Assembly (NCBI RefSeq): GCF_006345805.1
Contig: NC_043001.1
Location: 74,586,001 to 74,650,000, forward strand
Source: Octopus sinensis
Taxonomy: Eukaryota
Length of the DNA: 64,000 nucleotides
Direction: 5' to 3'
Shown: positions 36,987-49,804 of the stretch, in pieces
Position numbering within the stretch: position 1 is the stretch's first letter
Layout: each line of letters starts with the position of its first letter
Translations under genes and position numbers: made by a program
The notes under the pieces: model-generated
The model's database searches: none
What the model was told of the DNA's origin: nothing
Seen by the model: only the letters and a program-made list of their open reading frames with translations

Positions 36987-37141
36987 GTATTCGAATACTT
37001 TGTGAATCGGTCCGATTAACTCTCATTCGGAATTTACTCTTCAACACGGACGTTCGTTTTTATTTCTTTCAGAGCAAACCAGAAACTTAAACTTAATCAG
37101 ACTTCTCAGCTACAATAAAATTGAAAAACAACATATTTGAA

Positions 37142-37619
37142 ATGGGAACTGGTGCATCTAGTGCAGGCAATTTTAAAGCAGGTGCTACACCTGGTAAAGT
37201 AAGCCCAAAATCTACATTACGGAACCAAGGAAATATTGTTTATGCCAACATTGTACCTGAGTCCAACGTAGTACGAATGGACCCACGACCGAATAACGCA
37301 GCATTTCTATGTGGTGATGTAAATGGTTGGAACCATGTTGTGTGGAAAGGAAGCCACGAAACAAGTCGTAGAGCTAGCTTCAGTGATGAGATACCAACTT
37401 ACGATGGGGTTACTTCTTTCGTAAACCAAATAGTTGGATTCGGACATAGCTGTGAGTTAAGCAAATGCAGCAGAAATCTTGAAGATGGAGAATATCGTTG
37501 TAAGTTGAAAGATACTTTACGGAGATCGAGGCAAAGTAGTATTGATACTATCAGTGATGTGGGACGTGATATGAAGACAAGTTTTGAAAGAAAAAGCTTG
37601 GGCAGACCATTTACATACA
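37142..37619 (+). CDS. First coding exon of an unidentified protein with a predicted N-myristoylation motif (MGTGAS); 159 codons, phase-1 donor
   Basis: Non-repetitive open frame, acceptor TTTATTTCTTTCAG at 37072, donor CA/GTAAGT at 37620, no similarity to TE proteins by eye. Confidence 0.75.
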
Positions 37620-38227
37620 GTAAGTAAACACGGTTATATTTTTAATTCGTTCTCTTGGAAATAGTGTTGGGAATCCTTGACTTTCTCTGCATGAAAGGAT
37701 ATCTGTATTGTCAGTTTTGGTATTTTGTAATCAGTTTATTTTCAATCACATTTGATTAGTAAAATGAATTCGTTTATTTAATGGCATAAATGACTCACGG
37801 GCATATTAAACACATTCGGGAAAAATGCTTTTAGTGCATCAAACCTTGTGGGAGGCTTTACTTTGCGTGTAGGGCCCGTAGTGATTTTTTGAGATTATTT
37901 TTGAGGAAAAAAGTGCGCATTGCATGCTTTCAAATTAGTTATTTCCAAACTGGGAATTGCTGAACAACAAATTCACATTTTTAGCGAACTTCTTAACTTA
38001 AATTCTGACGGAATGTTCTTAAAATTGGTATCATTTTACCACTTCCCCAATTAATAGCTAAGCAAAAATTATGTCTAGATTTGGATATTCCTTATATTTG
38101 TATAGAGATTTTACAGAGTTAATTATATAACTTAACTCTATGTGTAACCGTTTTAGAGTCTTCACAGATGTTTATAGACATAACATATATCGAATCTTCA
38201 ATCAGTATACGCACTTGAAATAACGTG

Positions 38228-38380
38228 CTAGCGCGTGGGTTAGTGGTTAGGGTGCTGGACTCATGATCTAAGATTGTAGTTTCAATTCCTGGACCGATAC
38301 GTTGTGTTCTGGAACAAAGCACTTCATTTCACGATGCTTCAGTTCACTAAGCTGGCAAAAATGAGTAATCCTCATAGATA
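38228..38380 (+). mobile_element. SINE family C, 5' part
   Basis: GTGGTTAGGGTGCTGG...GTGTTCTGGAACAAAGCACTTCATTTCACG. Confidence 0.7.
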
Positions 38381-39187
38381 TAGAAATTTGGGCATATAAG
38401 AGGGAGGTATAATAAGGAGCGTATAAGAGGCCAAAAGAGTGAAGGAGGAGCCTGTGATCAATTGACGATGCCATCCCACGCATACACGCTTTCTCTAAAA
38501 GAAAATAATCACAACTAACTTGAATATGGAGAGGGTCCCACCACAATGGCCGGAAACGGTGCTGTTTTGCTGCACAAAATTTCTCTTTGAGGCCCTGACT
38601 ACATTCCAATCAATACAAATCCACCTCGTTACCAATGTACCTGTTACTTTAGGAATAGAACACCTTACTAGACTCCATCCTGGATCAACCATTTGACGCT
38701 GAAATTGTTTTGAGAGTTTATCTTGCCACGCTAAGTTTGCCTGTTGGCAAAGGTGTTTTAGACACCTAAACAGGATTTGAACTCAGAATGACCTAAGAAC
38801 TAGATCAGCTACCACAGCGTATTTCGTTTGATATTCGGTCGCTTCTACCATTTGTGTTACTATTGAACAGTACTTCATTTGTAGACTGTAAAACGCTGAA
38901 AGTAAAAAAGTAAAAAAAAAAAAAAAATGTAATTTGTCGGAATTTGAACTCAAAAGCGCGAAGAACGGGGCAAGTTAACATAACACATTCTGTCCAACAC
39001 GCTAAACCATTCTGCCAAATCCGGCTTACATTCAGGATTGTTTATTTAAATGAATTGCCTTAGTCTGTTTGCTAAATAGCTGAATGATCTCTTGCAGAAT
39101 AGGGAATTTGCCTAAAAAGATTTGACGTTGTGATGTATGTCATTCACAAGGGGATTAATGTAAAGGAAATTAAAGACAAAACGAAGG

Positions 39188-39393
39188 TGCAGGCAAGCCT
39201 CTGTGGCGAAAAGTTTGCTTCCCAACCACATGATCTTGGGTTCGGTCCCACGGCACAGTACCTTTTGGGAATTCTAACCTAGCACCGCACTGGCCTACCA
39301 AATTCATTGTAGGTGGAAACTGAAAAAAGCCCGACATATAAACACACAAATAATACACAAACATATATATGTATACATATGTATGTATCGCTG

Positions 39394-39480
<87 letters not shown>

Positions 39481-39703
39481 CTATAAATGTATATGTATAT
39501 TCTTATATATATTTATATATATAAATACATATATATATGTATGTGTATATGTGTGTGTATGTACATATGTACGTATACATATGCATATATGTACATATAT
39601 GCATACATAACATTTGTATATATTATTTCAGTGTGTATACATGTATATATGTATATGTCTATCTATATCTATCTACCTAGCAAAGTATCTATGTATCTGT
39701 ATG

Positions 39704-39761
<58 letters not shown>

Positions 39762-39826
39762 ATCTATCTATCTATCTAACTGTCCGTCCGTCCGTCTGTC
39801 TATCTGTCTATCTGTCTATCTGTCTA

Positions 39827-39883
<57 letters not shown>

Positions 39884-40056
39884 ATGTATGTATGTATGTA
39901 TGTATACGCTTATCTGTCTTTGTATTTGTTTCCCATGACTTTAGAGTAAGTACGAGGCTCAAAATTAAGCGTTGGGGTCAACTTATGCGATTAAGCATTT
40001 TGAATCAGTGCTTCTGCATGGTCGCGATCAACTGACTGAAAGAAGTAAAAGATAGA
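39188..40056 (+). mobile_element. SINE family A split by ~570 bp of compound microsatellite
   Basis: Head 39188-39345 and diverged tail 39920-40056. Confidence 0.6.
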
Positions 40057-40411
40057 ATATTAAAAACTACTTAATCCTGAGATTTATTTCGAGCTGCGAT
40101 GCGAACCGGTTTCTTTGGTTCTCTTTCCATAGCACTCTCTCTCTCTCCCTCTCTCCACACACACACACACACACAGACACACACGCACATACAAGCACAC
40201 TCACACACACACACACACACATATGCACATAATCACCTCACACTATTCGTATCGGTACGTATTTCACATACAAACCCGAATGCACACGAAAACCAGCCTG
40301 TATTTTCACAACACAAACACATACATATAGAGATACAAAATGCAGTGTAAACACAAGGGACATATATGTTTATTTGTGTGTGTGTGGTGTGTGTGTGTGT
40401 GTTTGTTTGTT

Positions 40412-40465
<54 letters not shown>

Positions 40466-40547
40466 GGTCCCGGGTTGATTCGGGGTTAACCACAGTAAAT
40501 AAGGTACTCAATACATAGCAGAGTAAAATTAATTTATTATATAGAAG

Positions 40548-40600
40548 GAGCTTCTACAGGACTAGAACTGTTTCATTCAAGAGAAATCTTCAGGAAGCTC
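40548..40600 (-). ncRNA. Type I hammerhead ribozyme with canonical core
   Basis: GAGCUUC-CUGAAGA-uUUC ucuu GAAu-GAAACAG uucuaguc CUGUA/GAAGCUC: stem I 7 bp, stem III 4 bp. Confidence 0.8.
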
Positions 40601-40610
40601 AGGAATTTTG

Positions 40611-40658
40611 GCTTCCTGAAGATTTCTCTTGAATGAACAGTTCTAGTCCTGTAGAAGC
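40611..40658 (+). ncRNA. Inverted hammerhead copy lacking one A of GAAA
   Basis: Same as 40548-40600 except GAAC. Confidence 0.7.
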
Positions 40659-40674
40659 TCCTTCTATATAATAA

Positions 40675-40720
<46 letters not shown>

Positions 40721-41019
40721 ATATATATGTATATAGATAAATGAAAAAAAAACGAATAGGAAAGGCTTGTCTGATAATTTTCCTACTTTAATAATCAGGT
40801 GTTTAAAGTGGAAAAAATATCAGAAAAGTTACTTCTAATCCCTTTTTCCAAATATATAATGCTGTACCAAGAACTTAAAATTTCTTCTTGTAATGTATAT
40901 ATGTATATATGTATGTATAAATGTATGTATGTATGTATTTTGTATGTGTGTATATATATACTACGGATTTGTACTTGCATAGCAAGTGATTTGATCTGAG
41001 ATCGTGTGCTGGAACGAAA

Positions 41020-41125
41020 ACAATTGCAGCGTGGAAGGTGTTTGTAAGCCATTTAAGAAACACACAAAAGCCGGCTTTTGTGTGTTTCTTAAATGTCTTA
41101 CAAACACCTTCCACGCTGCAATTGT
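41020..41125. repeat. Loopless palindrome with 53-bp arms
   Basis: ACAATTGCAGCG...AAAAGCC/GGCTTTT...CGCTGCAATTGT, one mismatch. Confidence 0.93.
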
Positions 41126-41329
41126 ATATATATATATACAGGGTAGAAAAATTTGTGAAATGAGCCATTAAATAGCATATTTCTCATATAAAATTAGTGT
41201 TCATTTATACACAAAAGAGGTGAGCCTAACTGGATATCTCGCATGCTAAAAGGAGCAGTCAAAGCCCAAACCACGGTTAAGAGTAATTTCGAAGGGGATA
41301 AAAAATAAAAACATTTTCAATAGTTACTA

Positions 41330-41398
41330 CATGTGCCTAAGTTTCGAACATCAATGATCAAAATAAAATAATTTGCCATCCGTGTTCTCATCAGCACG
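41330..41398 (-). ncRNA. Type I hammerhead, triplet mutated to GCA
   Basis: CGUG-CUGAUGA-GAACA...UGUUC-GAAA-CUUAGG-CA/CAUG. Confidence 0.65.
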
Positions 41399-41542
41399 GG
41401 CGCTACAATTAATATATATTTATGGAACTTTTTCGTAATTTTGAAGAATTTTGGCAAATATATTTTTATTTGGTGCCGACTATAACTGCGCTTGCGCAGT
41501 GATAGATGGTACACGTGCTGACTTCAATATTCCATAAATATA

Positions 41543-41610
41543 TATGCTGATGAGAACACGGATGGCAAATTATTTTATTTGTTCATTGATGTTCGAAATC
41601 TAGGTACTTG
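41543..41610 (+). ncRNA. Type I hammerhead with canonical core and GUA triplet
   Basis: CUGAUGA-GAACA...UGUUC-GAAA-UCUAGG-UA; stem I weakened. Confidence 0.7.
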
Positions 41611-41722
41611 CGGTAACTATTGAAAATGCTTTTATTTTTCATCGAAATTACTCTTAACAGTGGTTTGAGCGTTGACTGCTCCTCTTAGCATGCACCTCTT
41701 TTGTGCATAAATATATACTAAT

Positions 41723-41778
<56 letters not shown>

Positions 41779-42190
41779 TGTGTGTGTGTGTACACACACA
41801 CACACACATGAATCCGATGCAGAGACACACACACTCAAATGGTCTGTTGATACATAAGGGATAGAGGAAGTGAGGATGAAGAGTAACATACAGAGAGGGA
41901 AATGCCGCGGTGTTGGGGGAGGAAGGAAGAGTGGGGAATGAGGGAGAAACAGAAGGGGAAGAATGAGGTGGAAAGATGAATAGAAAAGAAGAGAGATGGT
42001 GATTAGTGTGAGAGAGATTGCGATAAAGATTAAGAAACAAATATTGCAATGGAGGCTTTCCTGCCTTGATATTTGTTAAACATCCGCGGAGATACATGGC
42101 GGTGTCTATAACGCACACACGAGCGCTCGCACATACACATATGTACACACACTTGTACTGATCACATACTTCCGCATCTGTGTATATGTG

Positions 42191-42236
<46 letters not shown>

Positions 42237-42379
42237 AGGAATAAAAGATTATCCTGAATATATATCCTGTTTTTATCACAGCCACATCCTGCCACGCACG
42301 TGCTCGCACATGCAACGGACACATATTGTCAACAACGTGTTTTTATTCAAGCATGGTCTCTGTTGCGATAGCTGAAACG

Positions 42380-42615
42380 ATTCTTCTTCTTCTTCTTCTT
42401 CTTCTTCTTCTTCTTGTTTTTCTTCTTGTTTTTCTTCTTCTCCTCCTCCCCCCCTCCCCCCCTCCCCCTCCTCCTTCTTCTTCTCCTTCTCCTTCTTCTT
42501 CTTCTTTTCCTTCTCCTCCTCCCCCCTCCTCCCCTCCCCTCCCCCTCCTTCTTCTTCTTCTTCTTCTTCTTCTTCTTCTTCTTCTTCTTCTTCTTCTTCT
42601 TCTTCTTCTTCTTCT
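42380..42615. repeat. (CTT)n/(CCT)n low-complexity tract
   Basis: Visible directly. Confidence 0.95.
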
Positions 42616-43044
42616 AGCTGGCAAAATCGTTAGCACGACGGACGATATGCTTACTGGTATTTTGTCTGCCGCTACGTTCTGAGTTTAAATGCCACCGAGG
42701 TCGACATTGCCTTTCATCCTTTCAGGGTCGATGAATTAAGAACCAGTCAAGTACTGGGATCGATATAATCGACTATCCTCCTCCCCACAAAGAATTTGTC
42801 CTTATAGTAGAAAGGATTATTATTATTGTTAAGGCGGCGAATTAGCAGACTCGTTATCATGCTGGAAGAATTGCTTAGCGGTATTTCGCCCGTCTCTACA
42901 TTCTGAGTTCAAATTCCACGGAGGTCTACTTTATCTTTCAACCTCTCGAGGTCGATAAATTAAGTACTAGTGAAACACCGGAGTCGATATAATAGACTAG
43001 ACCTCTCCTCCAAAATGTCAGGCCTCGTGCCTATAGTAGAAAGG

Positions 43045-43045
<1 letters not shown>
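42615..43045 (+). mobile_element. Two tandem family B SINEs (42615-42815, 42833-43045)
   Basis: Family B motif twice. Confidence 0.8.
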
Positions 43046-43101
<56 letters not shown>

Positions 43102-43765
43102 TCTTTTTATCACAGGTTTTGTTGGAGCTCCTGAGGTCTTGCATGCGTAGCGGGCTTGCTACCTGCAGCCTACAGTACCATTCTGTCTACTCTTTTCAGC
43201 TATCTAATACTTCCTTGATTATTCTGGCCGTGCCAAGGAAGCAAACCTTTTGGAACAGTTCTACTGGGCACTCTATTCCAATTTCCTTTATATTCCCCCT
43301 TGATGCCTTCTGATACTGTTCCCAAGGACCCAGCAATAATTGGCCCTATCTTCACTTTCTTCATTTTCCATGACCGGGCTATTTCATACTTAAGAGGGTT
43401 GAATTTATTTATTTTTTCGCTTTCCTTCTTGACTATTCGTGGGTCAAAGGGGCATGCAACACCTACTATATAGCACATGTGGTGCATTTTGTCGACCGAC
43501 ACTAGGTTCAGTCTGTTATGCTTCAGCACCTGATCTGTTTTGATTGGCAAATCCCAGAGGACTTTGCTAGTCTCCGACTCCGCCACTTTCTGTGGTTTGT
43601 GTTCATACCACGTCTTGCTTCTCTGTACTCCTTACTTTTCGCACAGTTTCCAGTGTAGCACTTTCGCTGCCTGATCATGTCGCCAGAACTTGTAGTGGTT
43701 TTGGGCAAGTCTATGGCATTCGTTTGTGATATGGGCAATGGTTTCATCCATTCTATTACAAATGC
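43102..43765 (-). mobile_element. R4/Dong-like LINE 3' fragment (CCHC plus RLE)
   Basis: CNRMDETIAHITNEC, RHDQ, WYEHKP, VLWDLPIKTD, VACPFD, GSLGTV; 3' end abuts (AAT)n. Confidence 0.8.
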
Positions 43766-43774
43766 GGCACAGCA

Positions 43775-43917
43775 AAAACAGTCGTTACGTTCTGAGTTCA
43801 AATTCCGACGAGGTCCACTTTGCCATCCATCCATTCAGAGTCAGTAAAATAAGTACCAGTTGATAACTGGGGTCCATATAATCGATATCCCCTGAAATTG
43901 TTGGCCTTGTGCCCATA
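43775..43917 (+). mobile_element. SINE family B fragment
   Basis: GTTACGTTCTGAGTTCAAATTCCGACGAGGTCCACTTTGCC. Confidence 0.75.
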
Positions 43918-43950
43918 TTATTACTATTATCATTGTTGTTGTTGTTGTTG

Positions 43951-44014
<64 letters not shown>

Positions 44015-44044
44015 CATTATTATTATTTATATATATATACACAA

Positions 44045-44622
44045 CAGATTAGACATTTAGAAAAGAAAAAATCCTAACACCGAGCTTCAAGTAATCTTAG
44101 ATGCCAAGAACCCTCCTAAGTATCCTACCTGTCCCTAATAACTCTGTTTTCTGGAGCTGTACTAAATTGGGTTTTATGCCTATTTCCTCTATCCATCTGT
44201 TCAAATCTTTAGGGATAGTTCCCAATGCACCTATAACTGCTGGGATACATTTTACTCGCACTTTCCGTAGTCTCTGTAATTCAGTGACCAGGTCCTGGTA
44301 CTTTGCTATTTTTCCTCACCTCTCATACTGACTTTTTTCATCATTTGGGACTGTAAAGTCAATTATCTAGCACATTCTATTTTTTTTATCTACTACTATT
44401 AAATCAGGCTTTCTAGCTTCTAGGACTCTGTCAGTCTGAATGTTAAAGCCCCACAACATTTTATATTTCTTAATTTCTAGTACTTGACTAGGTTCATATT
44501 CATACCATTTATCAATATGTTCAAATCCTATTTTTCTACATTAGTCCCAGTGGATCACTCTCTCTAGGTTGTCATGTGTTTTCTTGTATTCCTTCTGTGC
44601 CAGCATGCTACATTCATTTACT
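44045..44622 (-). mobile_element. Second R4/Dong-like LINE 3' fragment (RLE)
   Basis: WYEYEP, LWGFNIQTDRVLEARKPDL, VIGALGTI, LGTGRILRRVL on the minus strand. Confidence 0.8.
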
Positions 44623-44683
44623 ATATGAGTAAAGCTTTCCTCTTTTGATTTGCATAGCCTACATTGGGGATGTACTTGGTTAT

Positions 44684-44880
<197 letters not shown>

Positions 44881-44884
44881 ATGT

Positions 44885-46297
44885 TTGACTTTTGCTTTGT
44901 ATTTGTACAAGTTGGCTCCAAGTCTCAAGAGACAACAAGTTAGAAGTTCATGTTGGGTTTATGCCTAGAGTGTCATATATTTGGTTTTGCACATAGTATT
45001 GTTCTAGAGAATGTTTAAGAAAACAAGAAAATTATGAATTTGTTTTAAAATTTGAGATTACGTAGACAGTATTTTCGTAGGATATGGGCAGTTCCTATGA
45101 CCACTATCTTTTGAATTTCTTTCATTTTGGCGTTTCCTGGTATCTGAACTACGTAGCAATCAACCCCTTTTGCTATCATTCCTAGGGCACCTATTACAAC
45201 AGGTATTGTTTTAGTCTTCAGGTTCCACATTTTGTTAATTTCTATTTCAAGATCTTTATATTTGCTCAGTTTCTGGTAGGCCTCGACAGATACATTTATG
45301 TCGATAGGGACAGTCATATCAATGGGGAAGCATGCCTTTTGTCTGAAGTCTTTCAATATAATGCATCTATCTTTCTGTCAGTTTGAATGGTGAAGTTCCA
45401 GAGGAGTGAGATGAGATCATTTTCAAGTACTGGAGGTGGTTTGTGTTCCCACCAGTTTTTATCATAAAGCAGGTCCAGGTTTTCGCAAATTACCTAGTGA
45501 ATATATTATGCTGCTTTATCATACCTGTTGAGATACTCTGTAGGCGCAAGAAGACTGCACATGCTCTGTTTGGGTATTTGCTCTCTTTGGGTGTTTGTCA
45601 TTGAGAGGTTTTTCTTGCCATTTATCAGTAAGAATATCTAAGGCAGCAGTTATAGTACGGGTTTTCATACGCTTAGCTTTTTCTGTCCTTGTTTCTAGTA
45701 CGTCTAATTCTGGAATTTGTTGTATTTGGAATTCACTTAGATATTCCTTTGCCTGTTTTGCTACTGAGTATGATGCTTTCTTGTTTTCATGCTTTGGGAC
45801 AAGTTTTAACATCCAGTCATCAGAGTTTTTCAGGTAGGTGTCTAGGCCGATTGTGGCAATCTTCATTGTTAGTTCCTGTTGTAAAAGACCTTGGTCATCC
45901 TCTTTTCTTGGCAGGTAATGTCGTTCTACATCTGCCTTACGGTGGTTCATTCTATGCATTGTCAACAATTTTCGTATTTTTCTGTCAATATTACATATTT
46001 CAGTAATTGACCAGTTAATGATATTGAAACTGTAAGTCACGACTGGTATGGCTAAAATATTGATCGCTTCGATCCTGTTTCTTGCATTCAGCTCTGTTTT
46101 GAGTATTTCTCTTACCCTGCGATAACATTCTCTTCTGATCCTTTCCCTCATCACTGAATGTTTGATTCCGTACCCTTCAAATAACCCTAGATATTTGTAG
46201 CTCTCCGCTGGTTCTAATTCCTTTATGACCTTCTACTGGTCAAGATTAACACTGGATATTTCTGTAATTTTTCCTTTGATAAAGGTAGCTTTTGCTA
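44885..46297 (-). mobile_element. Third R4/Dong-like LINE fragment (end of RT through RLE), flanked by (ATT)n on both sides
   Basis: YKYLG, RVREILKTELNARNRIEAIN..AIPV..YSF, KADVERHYLPRKE, IDMTVP.D.N, IPVVIGALG. Confidence 0.85.
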
Positions 46298-46472
46298 TTA
46301 TTATTATCATTATTATTATTATTATTATTATTATTGAGTGAGAGAGCAGTTCATGCCATCAAAGTGACACTGGGGTAAAATATACGAAGCCCAATATACC
46401 CATCATGACTACCCGTCTGATAAAGGTAAACCAGGCACATGCATCACAACTATATGTGCGCGATATTATTTA

Positions 46473-46541
<69 letters not shown>

Positions 46542-46654
46542 TTGAGATAATTTGAAAGAGAATTCTTTGTATTACAAAGATGAAAATGAAACTTTATACC
46601 ATTTTGAATTGTATCTCTTTTCCTTCATAACTCTACGATTTTAAAGTAAACATA

Positions 46655-46813
46655 GGCGCAGGCGTGGCTGTGTGGTAAGTAGCTTGCTTTTCAATCACAT
46701 GGTTCCGGGTTCAGTCCCACTGCGTGGCACCTTGGGCTAGTGTCTTCTACTATAGCCTCAGGCCGACCAAAGCCTTGTAAGTGGATTTGGTAGACGGAAA
46801 CGAAAGAAGCCTT

Positions 46814-46878
<65 letters not shown>

Positions 46879-47108
46879 GTATGTGTGTGAGTGTGTTTGT
46901 ATGTCTGTGTTTGTATCCTCAACATCGCTTGACAGCCGATGTTGGTGTGTTTACGTTCCCGTAGCGTAGAGGTTCGGCAAAAGAGACCGATTAGTACTAG
47001 GCTTACAAAGAATACGTCCTGGGGTAGATTTGTTCGACTAAAGGCGGTGCTCCAGCATGGCTGCAGTCAAATGACTGAAACAAATAAAAGAATAAAGGAA
47101 TAAAAGAA
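46655..47108 (+). mobile_element. SINE family A, full length with internal (TA)n
   Basis: Complete head and tail. Confidence 0.9.
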
Positions 47109-47524
47109 CAGTGGTTACATCAAAGTAAAGATTTTTGGTGTCTCTGAACAAGAAAGTTAGAAAGCAGTCTCAGATTGATCTTACTATTTCTCCCACAGTA
47201 ATAAAGCTTGTGCAAGCAGTTTGCTTTCTTTTCACAGGAAGCTAAATTTACTTGTTTTCTGAAAATAGCAAGACTAAGCGTGGGTCCTCAACTCCTGATA
47301 GAGCCACAAGAACCTTGTCGTGATATAGAGCGTGTTATGAGTACTCTTAGACCTGGTGGAGACCTACGTCTCCAGGCCTGACCAAAAGCGATTTTTCCCA
47401 GAAAAAGAAAGACGGACACGAAGAAATATATGTATATATATATATACAAAATAAGAAAATGGAGGAATATATTTTAATCAATCATCAACTACCAGATAAT
47501 ATCAATTCACATAATTTATTAACC

Positions 47525-47586
<62 letters not shown>

Positions 47587-47674
47587 AGAACAAAACAGTA
47601 CACATCAATGAGTAATATGATACCATAAGTACAATACGTATAAATAAATATAAATAAATATAAATATAAACTAG

Positions 47675-47801
47675 ACCTTACGACTGTTTCAGCCATGTAG
47701 GTAAGAGTATCTCATTATGCTCATATTAGCCAGGTGTGTTAAGGTAATATGTGGTTATAAATGAGATACTTTCATATATATCCCAAGGCCTCTTCAGAGA
47801 T
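47675..47801 (-). ncRNA. Type I hammerhead with ~100-nt stem II domain
   Basis: AUCU-CUGAAGA-GGCC...AGUAUCUCAUU...AAUGAGAUACU...GGCU-GAAAC-aguc-GUA/AGGU. Confidence 0.65.
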
Positions 47802-48223
47802 TATAAAGTACAATTCAAATATGGATATTAGAGAAGGTACACATATACAAGAATAAGTACATATACATACACATACATATAAGTGTATATACACATGCAC
47901 CTACATATATATAAGTATATATATAATAATATACATACACATAAGGTTAAAGTTAGTCAAATCAAAATATTAGAATATACATACATACACACATCCACAT
48001 GAAAGTGTACATATACAAAGACCAGAGTTCATTGTATTAAGTTACAAAAGGCTATTAATATTATTATTATTATTATTAATAATAATAATACCAGTAAAAG
48101 AATATGTGCAATTCGCCATTGACAATACACAGTAGATGGAAAATATCACATAGAATACAGCAACAGCATAATATAATAATATAATAATATAATAATATAA
48201 TACAATACAATACAGTATAGCTC

Positions 48224-48333
48224 AAGAACCACCATGTAGCAATTCAACAATAATATACTTAAATCATACCATATAGAAAAAAATTAAAGATACATTTAAG
48301 TATATCACTGTTGAATGCCACATGGTGGTTCTT
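48224..48333. repeat. Fold-back with ~41-bp arms
   Basis: AAGAACCACCATGT...ACATGGTGGTTCTT. Confidence 0.8.
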
Positions 48334-48424
48334 CTCTAATTTATATACATGTATTATATATTGTGAAATTTGATCTAGTATTACTAAATTGAACTTTTCC
48401 CTGTAAGTTTGGAATAATATCCCC

Positions 48425-48516
<92 letters not shown>

Positions 48517-48754
48517 CTCAATCGCACTAGAAGACTGGTAGTTTCTTTATCAATCTAATGTGATCATTATGAATTTTTTTACAACTACAACTATATTGTC
48601 AAAGGTATCATTTCAATTTAAAACATTACGGTGTGTAGCTTATGGCTAATCAGTTTTGGCTCGGAAAGTGTTAATGGAATTTACATTTGACAACAGTTAA
48701 ATGTATTCTTAGCAAGTGATGTCCTTGATAAAATGATGTACTTGAGTAAAGGGG

Positions 48755-49090
48755 GTAAAGACCCCCTTCGGTCATGAATGACCATGGGATTGCACCTAGA
48801 AAGTTACCCTCCTAGACACAAGTCCGGACAAGGTTGTTTATGGAAGGCCAGCAGTCGCCCATGCATACCAGCCTCCCCTCTCCACGCCACCAGTGTTATC
48901 CAAGGGAAAGACAAAGGTCGATACAGCTGGCACCAGTGACGTCGCAACTCATTTCTACTGCTGAGTGAACTGGAGCAACGTGAAATAAAGTGCCTTGCTC
49001 GAGAACACAACACGCAGCCCGGTCCGGGATTCGAGCTCACAACCTGACGATCGTAAGCTCGACGCTCTAACCACTGAGCCATGCGCCTTC
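48755..49090 (-). mobile_element. SINE family C, full length
   Basis: tRNA-like head GGCGCATGGCTCAGTGGTTAGAGCG...TCGAATCCCGG, central domain, and tail. Confidence 0.9.
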
Positions 49091-49286
49091 AGTACTTGAG
49101 TAACGTCTAAATAATTGTAAGGATGTGGAATTGTTGCTTTGATCGTTGACACATAGGTAGGTAGAGTGAAAGACAGAGAAAAGGAGAAGAGAAAAGAAAT
49201 GAGGAAAAACACTATAATATGCATATACATGCATACATACATGCATACATACATACATACATACATTACATACATACATACATATA

Positions 49287-49693
49287 CAGTATGTTCAAAA
49301 AGTCTCCCCATAGTAAGTATTTTATTGCAAAATAAATATTTATAAGATGGTATAAAGACTACAAAAGAATATGTTAGACTTTACAAGAATTTAAAAAACT
49401 TTATAAGAGGTGTTGAAAGTGTCGTCCTTCGTTTTCAATATATAAGTTAACTCTTCTACACAAGGTTTTAAATACATCTTGGAGAGTCTGACGCAGTATG
49501 GACCTTGGGAAGGTTATGATTGCGTCTTTTAGCTCATTAATAGTTTTCGGGCGATTCTTGTACACTGATCCTTTACTTGTACCCCAGAAAAAAATCTGGC
49601 TGCGTTGAATCAGGTGATCTTGGTGGCCAAAGTCAGTTCGAAATAATTCGGTCACCTAAAAATTAACTGCGGAGAGACTTTCTGAACACCCTG
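49287..49693 (-). mobile_element. Tc1/mariner-superfamily internal-deletion derivative (407 bp)
   Basis: TIRs CAGTATGTTCAAAAAGTCTC / GAGACTTTCTGAACACCCTG, TA on both flanks, C-terminal transposase FFWG..KGSVYKNRPKTINELKDAI..GRHFQHLL. Confidence 0.85.
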
Positions 49694-49762
49694 TATAATA
49701 TTTAATACATACATACATACACACATACGTACGTACATACATATATATAATATATAATATAC

Positions 49763-49804
<42 letters not shown>

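Larger units (their letters stand above)
40532..40676. repeat. Palindrome formed by two inverted hammerhead copies
   Basis: ~67-bp arms, 12-nt spacer, one 1-nt indel. Confidence 0.92.
41191..41723. mobile_element. Fold-back element with two divergent hammerheads, flanked by (TA)n
   Basis: ~200-bp inverted arms. Confidence 0.85.

Noticed and set aside
47236-47385. Possible + strand exon after TTTCTTTTCACAG
   Set aside because: Immediate stop in the phase needed to continue the 37142 exon, no donor, no recognisable peptide.
48990-49090. tRNA gene calls for SINE heads (also 8974, 15393, 20178, 46655, 52045)
   Set aside because: A/B-box-like heads run directly into SINE bodies, lack a proper acceptor stem and terminator, and are diverged multi-copy repeats.
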